64,000 nucleotides of DNA, taken from NCBI RefSeq assembly GCF_009914755.1, contig NC_060935.1; one strand, given 5' to 3'. The notes beneath the pieces were generated by a model. That model was not told the origin of the DNA, made no database searches, and saw only the letters and a list, made by a program, of their open reading frames with translations. Origin of the DNA: the human T2T-CHM13v2.0 reference genome, Homo sapiens. Position numbers and translations under genes: made by a program. Positions within the stretch are counted from its first letter, which is position 1; each line of letters begins with the position of its first letter. Shown here one piece after another: positions 29,363 through 44,450 of this stretch.

Positions 29363-29759
29363 CAGCACCATTTATTAAATGAGTTCATGTCCTTTGTAGG
29401 GACATGGATGAAATTGGAAATCATCATTCTCAGTAAACTATCGCAAGAACAAAAAACCAAACACCGCATATTCTCACTCATAGGTGGGAATTGAACAATG
29501 AGATCACATGGACACAGGAAGGGGAATATCACACTCTGGGGACCGTGGTGGGGTGGGGGGAGGGGGGAGGGATAGCATTGGGAGATATACCTAATGCTAG
29601 ATGACGAGTTAGTGGGTGCAGCGCACCAGCATGGCACATGTATACATATGTAACTAACCTGCACAATGTGCACATGTACCCTAAAACTTAAAGTATAATA
29701 AAAAAAAAAATAAAAAAAATAAATTAAGCACATTGTACTTTAAAAAAAAAAAAAAAAAA
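29363..29759 (+). mobile_element. Young 5'-truncated L1 (L1PA2/non-Ta L1HS-like) with short inversion and 3' transduction
   Basis: 3'UTR gagatcacatgg, gaatatcac, attgggagatatacctaatgctagatgacGAG; TSD aaagagcaatcagc/aaagaacaatcagc. Confidence 0.92.
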
Positions 29760-29768
29760 GAACAATCA

Positions 29769-30018
29769 GCCAGGCTAATCCCAGCACTTTGGGAGGTTCA
29801 GGTGGGTGGATCACGAGGTCAGGAGTTCAAGACCAGCCTGGCTAACATGGTGAAACACTGTCTCTACTAAAAGTACAAAAATTAGCCAGGCGTGGTGGTG
29901 CGTGCCTGTAATCCCAGCTACTCAGGAGGCAGAGGTTGCAGTGAGCCAACATCGTGCCACTGCACCCCAGCCTGAGCGACAGGGCGAGACTCTGTCTCAA
30001 AAAAAAAAAAAAAAAAAA
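29769..30018 (+). mobile_element. AluSg-like with two internal deletions
   Basis: ggatcacgaggtcaggagttc; lacks gcggtggctcacgcctg and the ggagaatcgcttgaacc block. Confidence 0.9.
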
Positions 30019-30289
30019 ATCAGACATTCTTAACTATAAGGTATTTTGAGGTTTGTCCATTTTGCCTTGCTAGGCAACCAGCCTCTCATAATGCTTAGTA
30101 TAGCGTTTTTCCTTTCATTCTTTTCTCTTTTCCCATGCCTACCACCTCTGTTAATCTTCATCTCTTTTTCCCCTCTCCTTTCTTTCCTTTTTCTTAACTT
30201 TGGTGTTAAAAGTCCCCAAATATTAAACTCCCTGTTAAAATGTTTTGTCATCTGTTATAAATGGAATATCTAAAATGCCCTAAGAACCA

Positions 30290-30490
30290 TATTAAATACT
30301 TCATACGCATCATGCTTTTCTCATAGCAATACCAGCACCAGATCTATTATCCCCATTTTACAGGTAAGGTAACTGAGTCTTGAGCATGTGATGTCCATTT
30401 TGCAATGACACAAAATTGAATATGTGTAGAGTTGGGTCTACTACGCAGGACTTTCCTATTCCAGGGACTGAGCCCATCCTCATTACACTA
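30290..30490 (-). mobile_element. MIR
   Basis: tattatccccattttacaggtaaggtaactgagtct. Confidence 0.75.
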
Positions 30491-33400
30491 TCATAACTCG
30501 CAGTACTGAAGATTTGCTACAACCTACCCTTGCAGGCTAGTTCCAAAGATTTATGGTCAGGACCCAAGGAAAAGTCAGCCACCTCAACCTTTGATTCTCA
30601 TCTTACCCTCAACAAGACAGAGACTGGTGTTTGAGCACAGGTTCTACCAGTGACTTGGTATAAAACTTCAGACAGGTAGACAGACCTCTTTGATTTTCAT
30701 ATCAGCTGGCACTTAAAATTTTTACTCTATCCACACAACACTGATACCTTGATGGGCTTATATCCTGTTAACCTAACCACCCACATGTGCCATGCATTTT
30801 TTTTTCTTCTTTGACATGCCTCTTGCTAATCATCCTGCCCAAGACTTCTCCTTTTAAGTTGCTGCATTTGTATTTTAAGATAAAGATGAATCTCCATCAT
30901 CTTCTTGAAATCCCCTCTGAACTACTTCAGTCCATTCCAATCTCTCCCTATGTACTGGTTACTCACAGTATATAATGTTATAACATGTTCTGTGCCACAA
31001 TGTAATAAAACTTATTTCTTGAAAAAGTTTAAGTGTCTTGAAGAAAGAAGCCATTTCATGTTCTCCCTTTGGTTCTTAACGTATTGCTAAAACTACACAT
31101 TGACAAGACTGGAGTTTCTGTCCGAAAACTACTTGTTACTTAGGAAAAGGTAGGACTAGCAGAAAACTGGCAGGCACTGTCCAAGGGCTGAAACAGTTTT
31201 ATTTTGGTTGCAGGACATTTAGTATAAAATTGGTCTTCTCTACATGAATGTATGGATATCTTCATGTTATCCCAGACTCTAACAGTTTCCTTCTGTTTGA
31301 ATCTTCCAATTTTACTTTCATCACCTGATTTATTATACTTTGGTTGATTCAGTAGTTCTCAAAATAATTGTGCTCTTTATGTTCATTTTATCAAAAATAA
31401 CCTTGATTAATGACTCCAAACAATGACCAACCCATAAATAAAAGTGCTATTTAGAGAGTTATTATTTTCCCAAGAGATACACTTTTTAAGACCAATAAAT
31501 AGACCCAATGTTAGCAATGAATGTAAAATCAATAAGTTTATTTATTTTCATCTTGAATGGATATACGTTTTAAGTAACAAATAATAAATGTTCCTTGTAG
31601 AAAATTAAGGAAAGCATAATGAATAAAGTCATAATACAGAGTTGATTATTTAACTTACTAAACCACATATATCTCCAAATACACACACTTACACACAGCA
31701 GACACACTTACACATAGGATTATGTTGTACATATATTTTTGTAACTTTCTTTTTCACCTACTATGCAAATAGCATTTAGGTTATAAAGTTAACTATAATT
31801 CAATAACTGTATTTAAAAGCTGGATTGTGGATACAATCTCTCTTGACATTACATTATTTTCAACTGTTCTATATTATGTTTTGTATATATCATCATATAA
31901 TATTTTACATATTATAAATAACAGAGCCATAGGAAACATTGCTTGGATATCATACTTCAGAAATTGAGACACAAAAAGGTATTTTAACTCATGAGTTACT
32001 GATATAATATATGGGATGAGGTGGGAAGATTGTTTGGAAGGAGAATGGAAGTGCCAAGGAGAGTATTTCAGAGCCTGTAGTTCATAAATCTTAACTTTTT
32101 GATTTCCTATAAAATGAGGTGGGTTGAGAAGAGAGAGATAGAGGAAACTGAAAGGAAAAAAAATTAGATAGTTACTAACTCTGAAGATGAATTCAGAGTG
32201 ACAAGCTCCCTGACGAAGTTTTGCCTCTCAGCAGCAGATATACTGCAGGAGAGAGAACATGTGCATGCACATATATTCTTACATATATGTGTAGTTTTAT
32301 AATATGTAAGTCGATGATATTTATCATGTTGCCCACAGAGGATATATGTGTAAAAGGAAGTAGTCCAAGGACTTAAAGTTTGGGAAGATGAGGTTTATGA
32401 GGATCTACTGGTGAGAAACCAGCAGAGCGAGGTGTCCTGCAAATGAGGAGAAGAAAGCATTTAAAGTAGGAAGGAAGGACTGGCTTTGTGAAATTTCCAG
32501 TTGTTCCCAAAGAGTATGAGGACTGAGAAATTTTCAAAAAACTTGAACGAATGCTTGATTAGACAATCCTAAAGGTTAAATAACCCTAATGGGAAGACTG
32601 TGTTCAGGCTCAATAAAAATAGAGGTTTAAACAACTATTTTTTCTTCTTTTCTTATTTTTAAAATTTCCTTATCTGGCAGTTTAGTTGAGAATTTAGCAA
32701 ACCTTTCAACTATGATATTATTTGTTTGGGTTCTGTCTTGCCTAGCACTCTCATGGTCCCCCATCTACAAAATGTTGATAATAATACTTGCCATTTAGGG
32801 TTAGTGGCTAGAATATTGGCAATGCACTTAAAAATCTTGGGATGAAATATTCCAGGCAGACACAATATATGTTATTATTATACTCAGCACTGCCATTTCC
32901 TATTTGATGTTTGCTTATTTCTCACCTACCCTAGAGCTTTCACAGGGTGTTACGGGAGGGCGAGCTGTATTCTTCTGCTATCTGGTAGAGAGTGATAACT
33001 GCTAACCTTGCCAATGAGGCAAAAATAGCCAAATCCAGGGCATCTCTTAATTTCCCTGGAGGGCTCCAAAAGTGGCAAGACACACGACTGCTCAGTGTTC
33101 AGCAAGTAGAAAGGCCTGGACAGTCTTTCGGGAAGACTAAAAATCAGAACAAAAACTCCGTGGGGATCTTTGGAGCAATGGTAGCCCATGATTTTCAACA
33201 CAATCCTAAGAACTCAATCAGGTGGGGAAAAAATGCCAGACCTACACTTATCTTTTCTGCTATATCTGCAGGCTCCATGCACAGTTGTTCTTCAGAATTA
33301 CTGTTGAACACAATAGAACTCTACAGCCAGCAGTGTGGCACTTAAGAGGAAAAATAAGCAAATCATCTGAACAATTGTGACTAAAGTATCATATTTGATT

Positions 33401-34149
33401 TAAGTGTACCATTTTGAGAAAATAAATGTTTTATTTTGCCTGAGTTTTAAGGATTTCAAGAAGGGAATATAAAAGAGAAAGAGAGAATGATGAATAGAGC
33501 TTGACTGGTTTATTTAAAAATGTAACAATATTTTTAAAAGGCCTTAGGAGCTTTATTAGTTGACCACTAACCTATTTTTCTGCAACATGCTGAAAAAAAA
33601 TCAACATACTTTTCCCCCAAATCACAAGGGCATTCTTTACCACCTTGCCTGCCAGATAAAACTGAGTGTCAGGAAAGCTAAACATCTGGGTAGGAGTAGG
33701 ATAAAAATATCTGGGACACCACCACCATATGTTGCAACAAAATGGCCAGCTCCATTCATCCAGGCTTTGTTTATGCTTTATATTAATGGACCCAGTCAGG
33801 GTAACCAGGCAGCCAACCAGCAGCATATGCTCCTCACACTGTGGCTGCCTTGATTCCACTTGCAGAGTCAGTGCCGAGGCAGACATTACCCTGTGCCCAA
33901 CCATTTAAACTGTTATAGCGCCAAACACTTGATCAAACTCCTGAGTCTTGAGATGTTAATTTTACCTGCTTCACAAATAGACAGGTAAAACTTTTTGAAT
34001 TGCTATTGATGGTTCTTAAGAGAGCTCTGAAGAAAAGATGGGGAGGAGTGATGGGAGGATTATCCATATTGCTCCATCTGCATTGATTTATTAGATATTC
34101 CTCAGTTCAAATCTTTTCCATTGGCTCTCCATTGCTAGTAGGGTAAAGT

Positions 34150-34330
34150 CCAAATCTTCACTGGAAGAGCAATGGTGAGGACTTTGGCCTCTACTTCAAA
34201 TAAAACTGGAAGGGATTAGGGAATTCTGAGTAGAGAAGGCACAGGCTCTGACATAAAATTTACAAAGATTACCCTGGCTGCTTAGTGGAAAAACAGATCG
34301 GAGGGGCAGACATAATGAGAACAGATAAAA
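34150..34330 (-). mobile_element. L2 fragment
   Basis: ggtgaggactttggcctctac...tttacaaagattaccctggctgc. Confidence 0.65.
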
Positions 34331-35943
34331 ATATCAGCAATTATAATATTTATATGCAAAACAATATGCAACTATTAACCCGAGTGTTGTTTTAGCTCAT
34401 ACCAGTTAATGCTGGGATCCTATAGGGGAATGAGGTGACTGAGAAGGGGGAGGATGGAAAAAACATCCATGAATATTTGGCTTCACCTTGCTTGTTTATT
34501 CTTATCTTTCTGTGCTCCTCTGAGCTAGCTGCAACTCTTCCCTGCTCTTGTTACCCTTAATATTCCAAGCCCATCCTCATACTGATAATTTGCTCCTTTT
34601 GTTCTACCTGAAACATTTTTTCCTCTACTTAATTAAGTCCTATCCTTCTTTAATTTTCTTGTTCAAGCCCTACTACTTAAATAAAATCTTACCTTTCCAT
34701 TACAACTGTGGAATATCTGTAGGTCATAATCACATCCACACTTTATGTATTGGTCTCTCCAAAATAAATGGTTGCTATAGTCTAGCTTGCATTACTAACA
34801 TGAACAAAAATTAGCTATGCTCATTTTTTCAGAAGACTAACAATTATAATAATTAAATATAAACAGAAAGCTTTGGGAAGCCCCAGAGAGGGCTGTTTAG
34901 GTAGTTTGAGGCATTCATTCATTAGCTCATTTCACTTTTAATGACAGCGTGATTATGGAAAATAGAGACTCAAAGGCACATGAAACATAACTCCTGCCCC
35001 CAAAAAGTGTCACTCTAAGGAAGTAGGAGTGTGACTTGAGTAATAAAGGCAAATTTCCTGGCCAGGAGAAATACATTTCCTAGAAAATGCTCCAGTCTAG
35101 GCATACAAAGTTGGCAAGGGTTAGTTGAACAGAATCTGTCAAACCAACCTCTCTCCTGTCCTGCTTGAAGAGCCTGGTGTGTGCACCCAAGAGAGAAAGC
35201 ACTAACTCAAATGCTCCAAGACTCAATAGAGCTATTACAGACTGAATGTATGCCTGAAATGAGCCTTCAAGGCTTGAATGGGAAGAGGCTGAGATGCCAT
35301 CTGCCAGAAGCGGCCCGAAACGTAACACACCAGCTGAGCTGGAGAGAATGGCAGCAGGGATTTCAGAGTGCTAGACCCCAGCATGGTGAAGAACAGCACT
35401 GTCAGCAGCTGCTCCATTGAGGACTTCAACTACAGCTGGAGTTCCCAACTGAGGCTGGAGACCTCTGGTTGCTTACTGATCGAAAGCCTGACTGAGAGGC
35501 TGTTAGAGATGTAAAGGAAGAGAAAAATGGCTCAGACCTCTGAGGCCAGAGGTGGTTTGGGATCAGTAGTTCGAGCTCGGGGGAGGATGGTCCACTTTCG
35601 CTCTGGACCAGTCAGGGATGAGCAGCTGCTAGGGATTAAAAGCATTGTTATTCTTTTTTATTATATTTTTTGTGGGCTTTAACTTTTCTGATAGTTGTTT
35701 TTGATTTCTGGAAGCCAGAGCGAATCATGTTCTCCTAATTAATAATGGAAGCGAGAACTATGAGTGAGTGCTTATTATCCAAGGATCTTTCCTTTTTTCT
35801 CACTATATTAAGTGGCCCAAGATAAGGATTAGGTCAACCTGCATCATTGTTTCACATATACACATTGTAATTGCAGATTGCACTACTCTGTCCCAACTCC
35901 CTACAGTCTGTTTTCCTCAGAGAATCCATGGTTATCCTTGTAA

Positions 35944-36605
<662 letters not shown>

Positions 36606-37495
36606 AGGCCATGACTATTTCATTAGAAGTATAAGGCAATGCCCTTGAAGTGACCTTCATGTCCCATGCTCACCAGGCCTCACTGAATGTTGACCTTACC
36701 TCTGGCAACTCTCCTGTCAGCACACTGTGATCTCAATGCAGCGACCTACTGTTTTTCACCACTAGGCATGGTCTGGTCCCACTGCGGGCCCTTGCACTTT
36801 ATGTTTACTTTGCCTGATATATGCTTCCCCTAGTTGTCCCTGTAGCTCACTTTCTCATCTTCTGCAAACATTTTCTCACTTCACCTTTTCAGTAAGTCCT
36901 TCCTTGACTGTCCTTAAAAAATAAAAACAAAAACATAAACAAACTAAAACCAAAACCAAAACAATAACAAAAAACTATAACTGTCATCCCCCAAATTATT
37001 TTATCACCTTGATTGGTCTCCAAATTCATACTCTAAATTTACTTGTATGTTCTATTTGTTGTCTGTATCCCTCTACTAGAATTTAGCCTCCAGGAGGGCA
37101 GGGACATTTGTCTTTTTAAGCACTTTGTGTCCCCAATGTCTAGAACAAAGTCTGGCTAATAGTGGACACTCAGTAAACATTGAATAAACAGATATTTTAT
37201 CTATCTGACTACATTAAAGGACTCTGGAAGAGAAGAAAAACATTTTATATATTCTTTGTGTGCTACACAGTATGTTAATGAGAGATGAATTTGGGCCCAT
37301 CATAAATGCATATATTTCTTGCCTGATTGGGGGATATTCTGAAATTGCCTACTCATAATTTATCAAATTAAAAATAAGTATCTCACTTTTGTTATTTTAT
37401 TTTTGCCAAGGTCATGTTAATAATGTCAATATCTATTCTTAAGTACTTTTTATCTGTATGCCTTGGAAATAAAATTGGGATCAAAATAATACTAG

Positions 37496-37840
<345 letters not shown>

Positions 37841-38027
37841 TATAAGTTGCTACTTTTTTACTGATAGAATGGTCAAGGGCAAGGAAACTAGAAATAACAA
37901 AGTAGTTAGGAAGCTCAGAATGTATGTGCTGTGGGATTTTCTAGTTTACTGGTCTCCTTATTTATAAAGTGAGAGAATTAGGCTCAGAATTAAATGATAT
38001 TTATTAAGTTCCTATTACGAGTAATAG

Positions 38028-38400
<373 letters not shown>

Positions 38401-38494
38401 TAAAAATGCAAAAACAAATTTGGAAGAAAAAGTAACATGACCCAGGCCCTACAACTAGTCATGTGGGAAAGCCTCAAGCAGCAGCCTGCTAGAC

Positions 38495-38719
38495 CAAGGG
38501 TAGGCAAACTATAACCATTAGGCCACATACCACCTGTCACTTGTTCTTTTAAATAAAGTTTTGTTTGAATGCAACCACCCCAATTTGTTTATGGATAATT
38601 ACTGGCTGCTTTCAGCATTGCAATGACACAGTTGAACAGTTGCAATAGAGATAGTCTGGCCTGCATAGTCAAAATTATTTACTGTGTGGATCTTTACAGA
38701 AAAAGTTTTCCAAATCCTG
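38495..38719 (+). mobile_element. MER58A
   Basis: caagggtaggcaaactat...aaataaagttttg...tttacagaaaaagttttccaaatcctg. Confidence 0.85.
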
Positions 38720-38850
38720 TACTGAACTATAAGTTACATGAGGGCAGCGAGCTTGTCTGTTATTTTCTCTGCTGCATTCCCAGTACCTAGAACATTTCCT
38801 GGCATAGAGTAGATGCTGATAAATTTCTTTTAAATGAATGAATTAATGAC
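38720..38850 (+). mobile_element. L2 3' end
   Basis: actataagttacatgagggcag...cccagtacctagaacatttcctggcatagagtagatgct. Confidence 0.75.
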
Positions 38851-40199
38851 CCAGATCTGTGTGACTCTTAAATGACAAAATCTTTAGTTTGGTCTCTTTC
38901 TTTTTTTTTTTTTTTTAATACATTTTTTCCTCCAAAGCTCCAAACTGATTTTCTAGAAAGATTTACTTAAATAACAATCCCATCATATTTAGGGAGAAAT
39001 TACCATCAAAATATATTTAAAGTAGAATATATATATTCAACCTCAGCCTTGGTACTGATTAACAAAAGGTCAAGATAATATTCCAACTTTGGCAAATTTC
39101 TCACAATCTCTCCTACTTATGAAATTATATCATTCTCTTGAAAACTAAGTTGAAAGGCAGGAAAGAATTTTCATATTCATTCTCTATTGATATCTAATCC
39201 ACTTGCTTCACTTTTTAAGTGAAAGAAGGACTTTTCTATTGAGGGACATTATTTATTCATACAAGGTAATAAAGATATAATAAATGGTGATTATGTTATA
39301 GCTCTTGTGGTGACCTGAAAACCCAGCTTTATTCTCTCCACCTTCTTTATAGCTAAAATTAACAGATGCTATACAACGCAGCCAACAGTTCTGCTGAGGA
39401 TGCACCAGGCTGAAGGGAGTCCGCTCATCTTGTGCACAGCTGCAATCTCTTAGCCAGTAGGGAATTTTTTTTTTTTTATTAGTGCAGCAAATAGGTAAGA
39501 TAGGTTTGCTCTTATTTCCTGTTTGAACAAGGCTATTTTTTTGACTTCATACTCAAGTTACTAAACCCCTTACTTCTAAACACTTATTGGAATAAACTAC
39601 GCATCAAAAGGAAGTATCAAATAAACTAAGCAGGGTTCAACTTGATAACTTCTGAAGATTGTTGGGGAAGCACTCCTCCACTCTTTTTCTGGGCCATTCT
39701 GTTGGGTTTGATGTCAGTGTAGTCTTCGGGAATCAGTCCCTCATCCAGTTCTCATCAATCTAAGGATTTCATTCTTATAACTGCATTTACTGGTGAGGGT
39801 TGAACACAAGGCTCCTGTTGGGTCACTGAAGGACAGGTTGTAGATATTTGCTCAACTGCTCTCTTTGAGTTGCAAATTTGTAATGACTCTCTGTAGCTGT
39901 TCACAGTCATTTTGCAAATTTAAGGGACATATACTGCTGGAGATTAAAATCAACCCAGAGAAGAGTAGATCCAAAGATAAAAAAACAACAGTATGATTTC
40001 TGGTTGTTTAGTACGATTCGCTGTAACTAAGTGTGCCTGAAGGTATTTCTCTAGCTACTTTTTTTGTGATACAATGCATTCTTTATTTTACTTAAGACAG
40101 GTTGATCTGGGTCTACCATTTGCAACTCAAAGAGCCTTGGCTAATTTAGAACACAGGTTTATTTGTGGATTTTTCTTTCTGGAGAGTTGAAATGTTTAA

Positions 40200-40420
40200 A
40201 AAGAGCACCATGTTAGAATGGAACATGAAATAAATCTGGAGTCAGAATACCTCATTTCAAAATGGTAGTCTTTCAATTATCTGAGTTTTTTGAAGTCTTC
40301 TATGAGAAGGTGAAAATAATGTCTGTACCCACCTACATTACAGGGTTGCTGTGAAGATCATGTAAGACAATGAATGTGAAAATTCTCCAGAAATGGAAAG
40401 TGTTGGGTAAAAGTAATGGT
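40200..40420 (+). mobile_element. MIR
   Basis: tctggagtcagaatacc...acagggttgctgtgaagatcatgtaagacaatgaatgtgaaa. Confidence 0.7.
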
Positions 40421-40477
40421 AGATCAAGTTTCTTTAAAACACACAGCAGGTCATTATGCATCATAAAAAGATGAACT

Positions 40478-40806
<329 letters not shown>

Positions 40807-40939
40807 TCATTGTAAAAGTCATTACAAAAGTATAAAGTGTCTCATTATGAAATTATTGAGTATATGAATTTGACTTGTGTCACAAGTTCTTAGGCAAGTT
40901 TTGTGCCATGGCAAGAAAAGCTGGGAGCCCAGATGAGAA

Positions 40940-41340
40940 CTTTATTTATTTACTAATTTACAAAATATTTATGAGCACCAACAACCAAGTCAGGTACTAA
41001 AAAAGGCCCCTGGAACTTAGGCAGCAAAACCACTCCAGGTGCAGCTGGAGAGATAGACCAATATATAAGTAATTGAAATGTGATAAGATAAATGCTAGGA
41101 TAGAGATAAGAATCAAATACAATGGAACCAGAGAGAAGGAATCTACTATCAATGCTTCAATGTGCTGGGGAAAGTTACAGTGAGAACCCGACCTTTAAAC
41201 TCTGTCTCAAAGCCTAAAGTGTGATTCTCCAGGGAGACAGGGTTGAAGTAGTTTCTGCAAATTTTAGACCTGAAGGTAACTATGGAGATCATATAAGCTT
41301 TTAGCAGCAGAAAAAGCTTATTGAATTTCTATTCAGAACA
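40940..41340 (-). mobile_element. L2 fragment
   Basis: tttacaaaatatttatgagcacc...gataaatgctaggatagag. Confidence 0.55.
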
Positions 41341-42679
41341 TTTGTATTCCAGTATCTGTTCCACTGATAACTCACTGTACAGCCATTCTAAGATTTTCTG
41401 ATTTCTCTGGTCTTGTATCTCAATTTAGAAATGAGAGGGGGTTAGATGACCATCAGTATATGTTTCAGCAAAAATTGCCTGTACTTTATGTCTAAAACTC
41501 CACTTTACAGATGCAAAATGTTGAATGCTAAAAGTGTAACTTGCCCAAAGAGTGGATGTAAATGTAGGAGATAAGTGATTCAAAAACTCTAATATATAAT
41601 TCCTATACATGTCCAAAGTTATCCCACTGGAAATTAATCTCATTACATGTTTAATTTCTCCACAGATATTTTTATGATTGGCCAACTGAGACTCATAAGA
41701 AGAGCTGGTTCAGTATATGATCAATCAGGCATCTGGCTGTAGTCTGTATTTTGTTTACTTTTATAAATGGAGAAAAGAAGGGTAATGATTGGCTGTACCA
41801 GGAGATTATACCTTTTTGTCCTGGCACCATAGAAATTTCCCCTGTAGTTGGGAAAGACAACACAACTGTGATGACAAACAAGATATTATCTTGAAACTTT
41901 CCCTAAAAATTTCTGTGGCGGCGCTTTCATTGCTATTACAAATATAGACCTTAAGTAAATTACTATTCCGGGTAAGAAGTTTTGGACTTTTGAATTACCA
42001 AATTCCTATACCAACTTTGTTCTGGATTGCAGAGTGATGTCAAAGACGAGACTCATTTTCTAGTTATTTGCATATCATCAGGTGAAATTTTTCTAAGTTG
42101 GGCATCAGCTCTTTCAGTCAGATTCCACTCTATGTCAAAAACTCTCCAAGCATTTTTCCTCAGTGACCCATTGGTCATTCTCAGTAAAGTACCCTGAGGA
42201 GACAGATCAGTATTTACATAGCATATTTTCATCACTCAGTGGCAACTCAGTTAATATTAATTTGATTGGAGTGTTACCATTGCATTCTTAATGAACACCT
42301 GTGGTATTTACAGTGTGAAGGTAGCAATATGAAGCAGAAAAATAAAATTTTAAAAACGTATTTTCAAAAATAAAAAGTGTGTTCTAGTATAATGTTTTAC
42401 TAATCATCTTTCCAGTGACATTCACATTTTGAGAGTTAGCAATCTAAACATCATTAACCACCCTTCATCATGAAATGCTATGTTGGCATTGTTGATTTTT
42501 AAAGAACATGATATTCAAAATATGAAATTTTATATGATGTAAGTTAGGGAATTCACATTGTAAAAAAGTTAGTTTATTTTCAGCTGAATTTCATTCAATA
42601 CAACAAATTCTGTTGAAAGCTTTATGATGAGAAAATAATTTAGGGATGCCTTACAGGGGATAAAAGGATGAATAATATT

Positions 42680-42910
42680 TTCTGACATTTATTGAGTGTG
42701 CCGTGCAGTGTTGTAACACTTTATGTTAGTTCATCTAGTCTTTCTGTCCACATGATGAAGTAGTACTATTATCAGCCCATTTTGCAAGTGGGAAAACTGA
42801 GGATCAGAGGGCTTATGTAAATTCCCTAAGAACACAAGTAGTTAGTGAAAGACCCTGGATTTTAGCTAAGGAAGCCTAATACCAGAGCTGTTTCTTCTAA
42901 TCTCTGCCTT
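42680..42910 (-). mobile_element. MIRb
   Basis: catttattgagtg...cccattttgcaagtgggaaaactgagg. Confidence 0.8.
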
Positions 42911-42914
42911 AACA

Positions 42915-43017
42915 TTTTTTTTTAATTTATTTTATTTATTTTATTTTTTATTTTTCTTTTTTTTTTAAATTTATTTTTTTATTATTATACTTTAAGTTTT
43001 AGGGTACATGTGCACAT
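42915..43017 (-). mobile_element. Extremely truncated young L1PA 3' tip with long A-rich tail
   Basis: ttattatactttaagttttagggtacatgtgcaca preceded by a ~65 bp T-rich tract. Confidence 0.85.
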
Positions 43018-43419
43018 GATCTTAGAATTATACAAATTGGGATTACTTTATCTAATGTTTCCGAATAAGCATCTATTGATTAATGTGTGCTGAGTTTAAC
43101 TGAATTGAAGTGGTTTTACTTATATTTATTATATAGATAATGAAACAAAATCATATTTAAAAAGAATGCCTCTATACAATCTTTTATTTGCCTAATTTTT
43201 TTCTTTTTGATATTTATAAAGATTTACTTTATTCTCAGTGATCAATAAGATGGCCTGCCTGATCTGGCATTTCCAATGTGCTGCAGTGTTTTTCTGTTTT
43301 GTTTTTTAATAAACTAACTTGCTGTTAAAAGCAACAACACAAGATTCTTTCCTATGTGAATTTTGTTATATACAAGGACTGTCAAATTCTCTCAGGAAGC
43401 TCTGAAAGTGAATTAGCTG

Positions 43420-43850
43420 CAGTAGGCTGTTTGTGTTGTAACCAAAACAGATCACACATCTGATGCTTCAAAAGATTAGGTATGTATTCTCTCACTTACG
43501 TAAGGTACAAAGGGAAAGTTCTTGGGAATAGAGGTGGGAAGACCTCTCCTCTCTTCAATACATTTCTTCTTTCTTAAATCTTAGTGATCAGTTACCACTA
43601 GTGGCTCCCAAGGTCAACTTTGGGGTCATCTGACCTTCATCCCCACAAGGCATAAGCAATTGTGGAGGACCACAGAAACGGTATTTGTTGCCAAGGCTCT
43701 AAATAATGTTCATCATTTCTGACCATATTCCCTATAAAAATCTCAGTTTTGCATGGTACTAATCATACCACAAAAATAGCAGACTGAGAAATGCAAAGTG
43801 TGTGTCCTGAAGCATAGAGAATAATTTTCGGAGAACAGTCAGGATCTGAC
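43420..43850 (-). mobile_element. MLT1J-like LTR inside the ZNF pseudogene 3' part
   Basis: tattctctcacttacgtaa...catcatttctgaccatattcc...gagaaatgcaaagtgtgtgtcctgaag. Confidence 0.55.
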
Positions 43851-44105
43851 ATACATTATTGCACCCCTGTGTTAACTTCTCTAATGCCTGCTAAGTCATA
43901 ATGTCTGGCAAAAGGCTTTTCCATGTTTATTACATTCATAAGGGTTTCCACTTGTGAGTTTTCTGTGTCTAGTGATGAGTAACCAGTTCACAGTGTTCTC
44001 CAATACTCACGATGTTCATAGGTTTTTACTCCCCAGTGAGAGTTCTCTGATGTCTGCTGAGGTGTGACTTCTGGCCAAAAGATTTTCCAACATTCATGAC
44101 ATTCA

Positions 44106-44450
<345 letters not shown>

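Noticed and set aside
32992-33345. 117-aa ORF
   Set aside because: Non-ATG start, no recognisable domain and no supporting exon structure.
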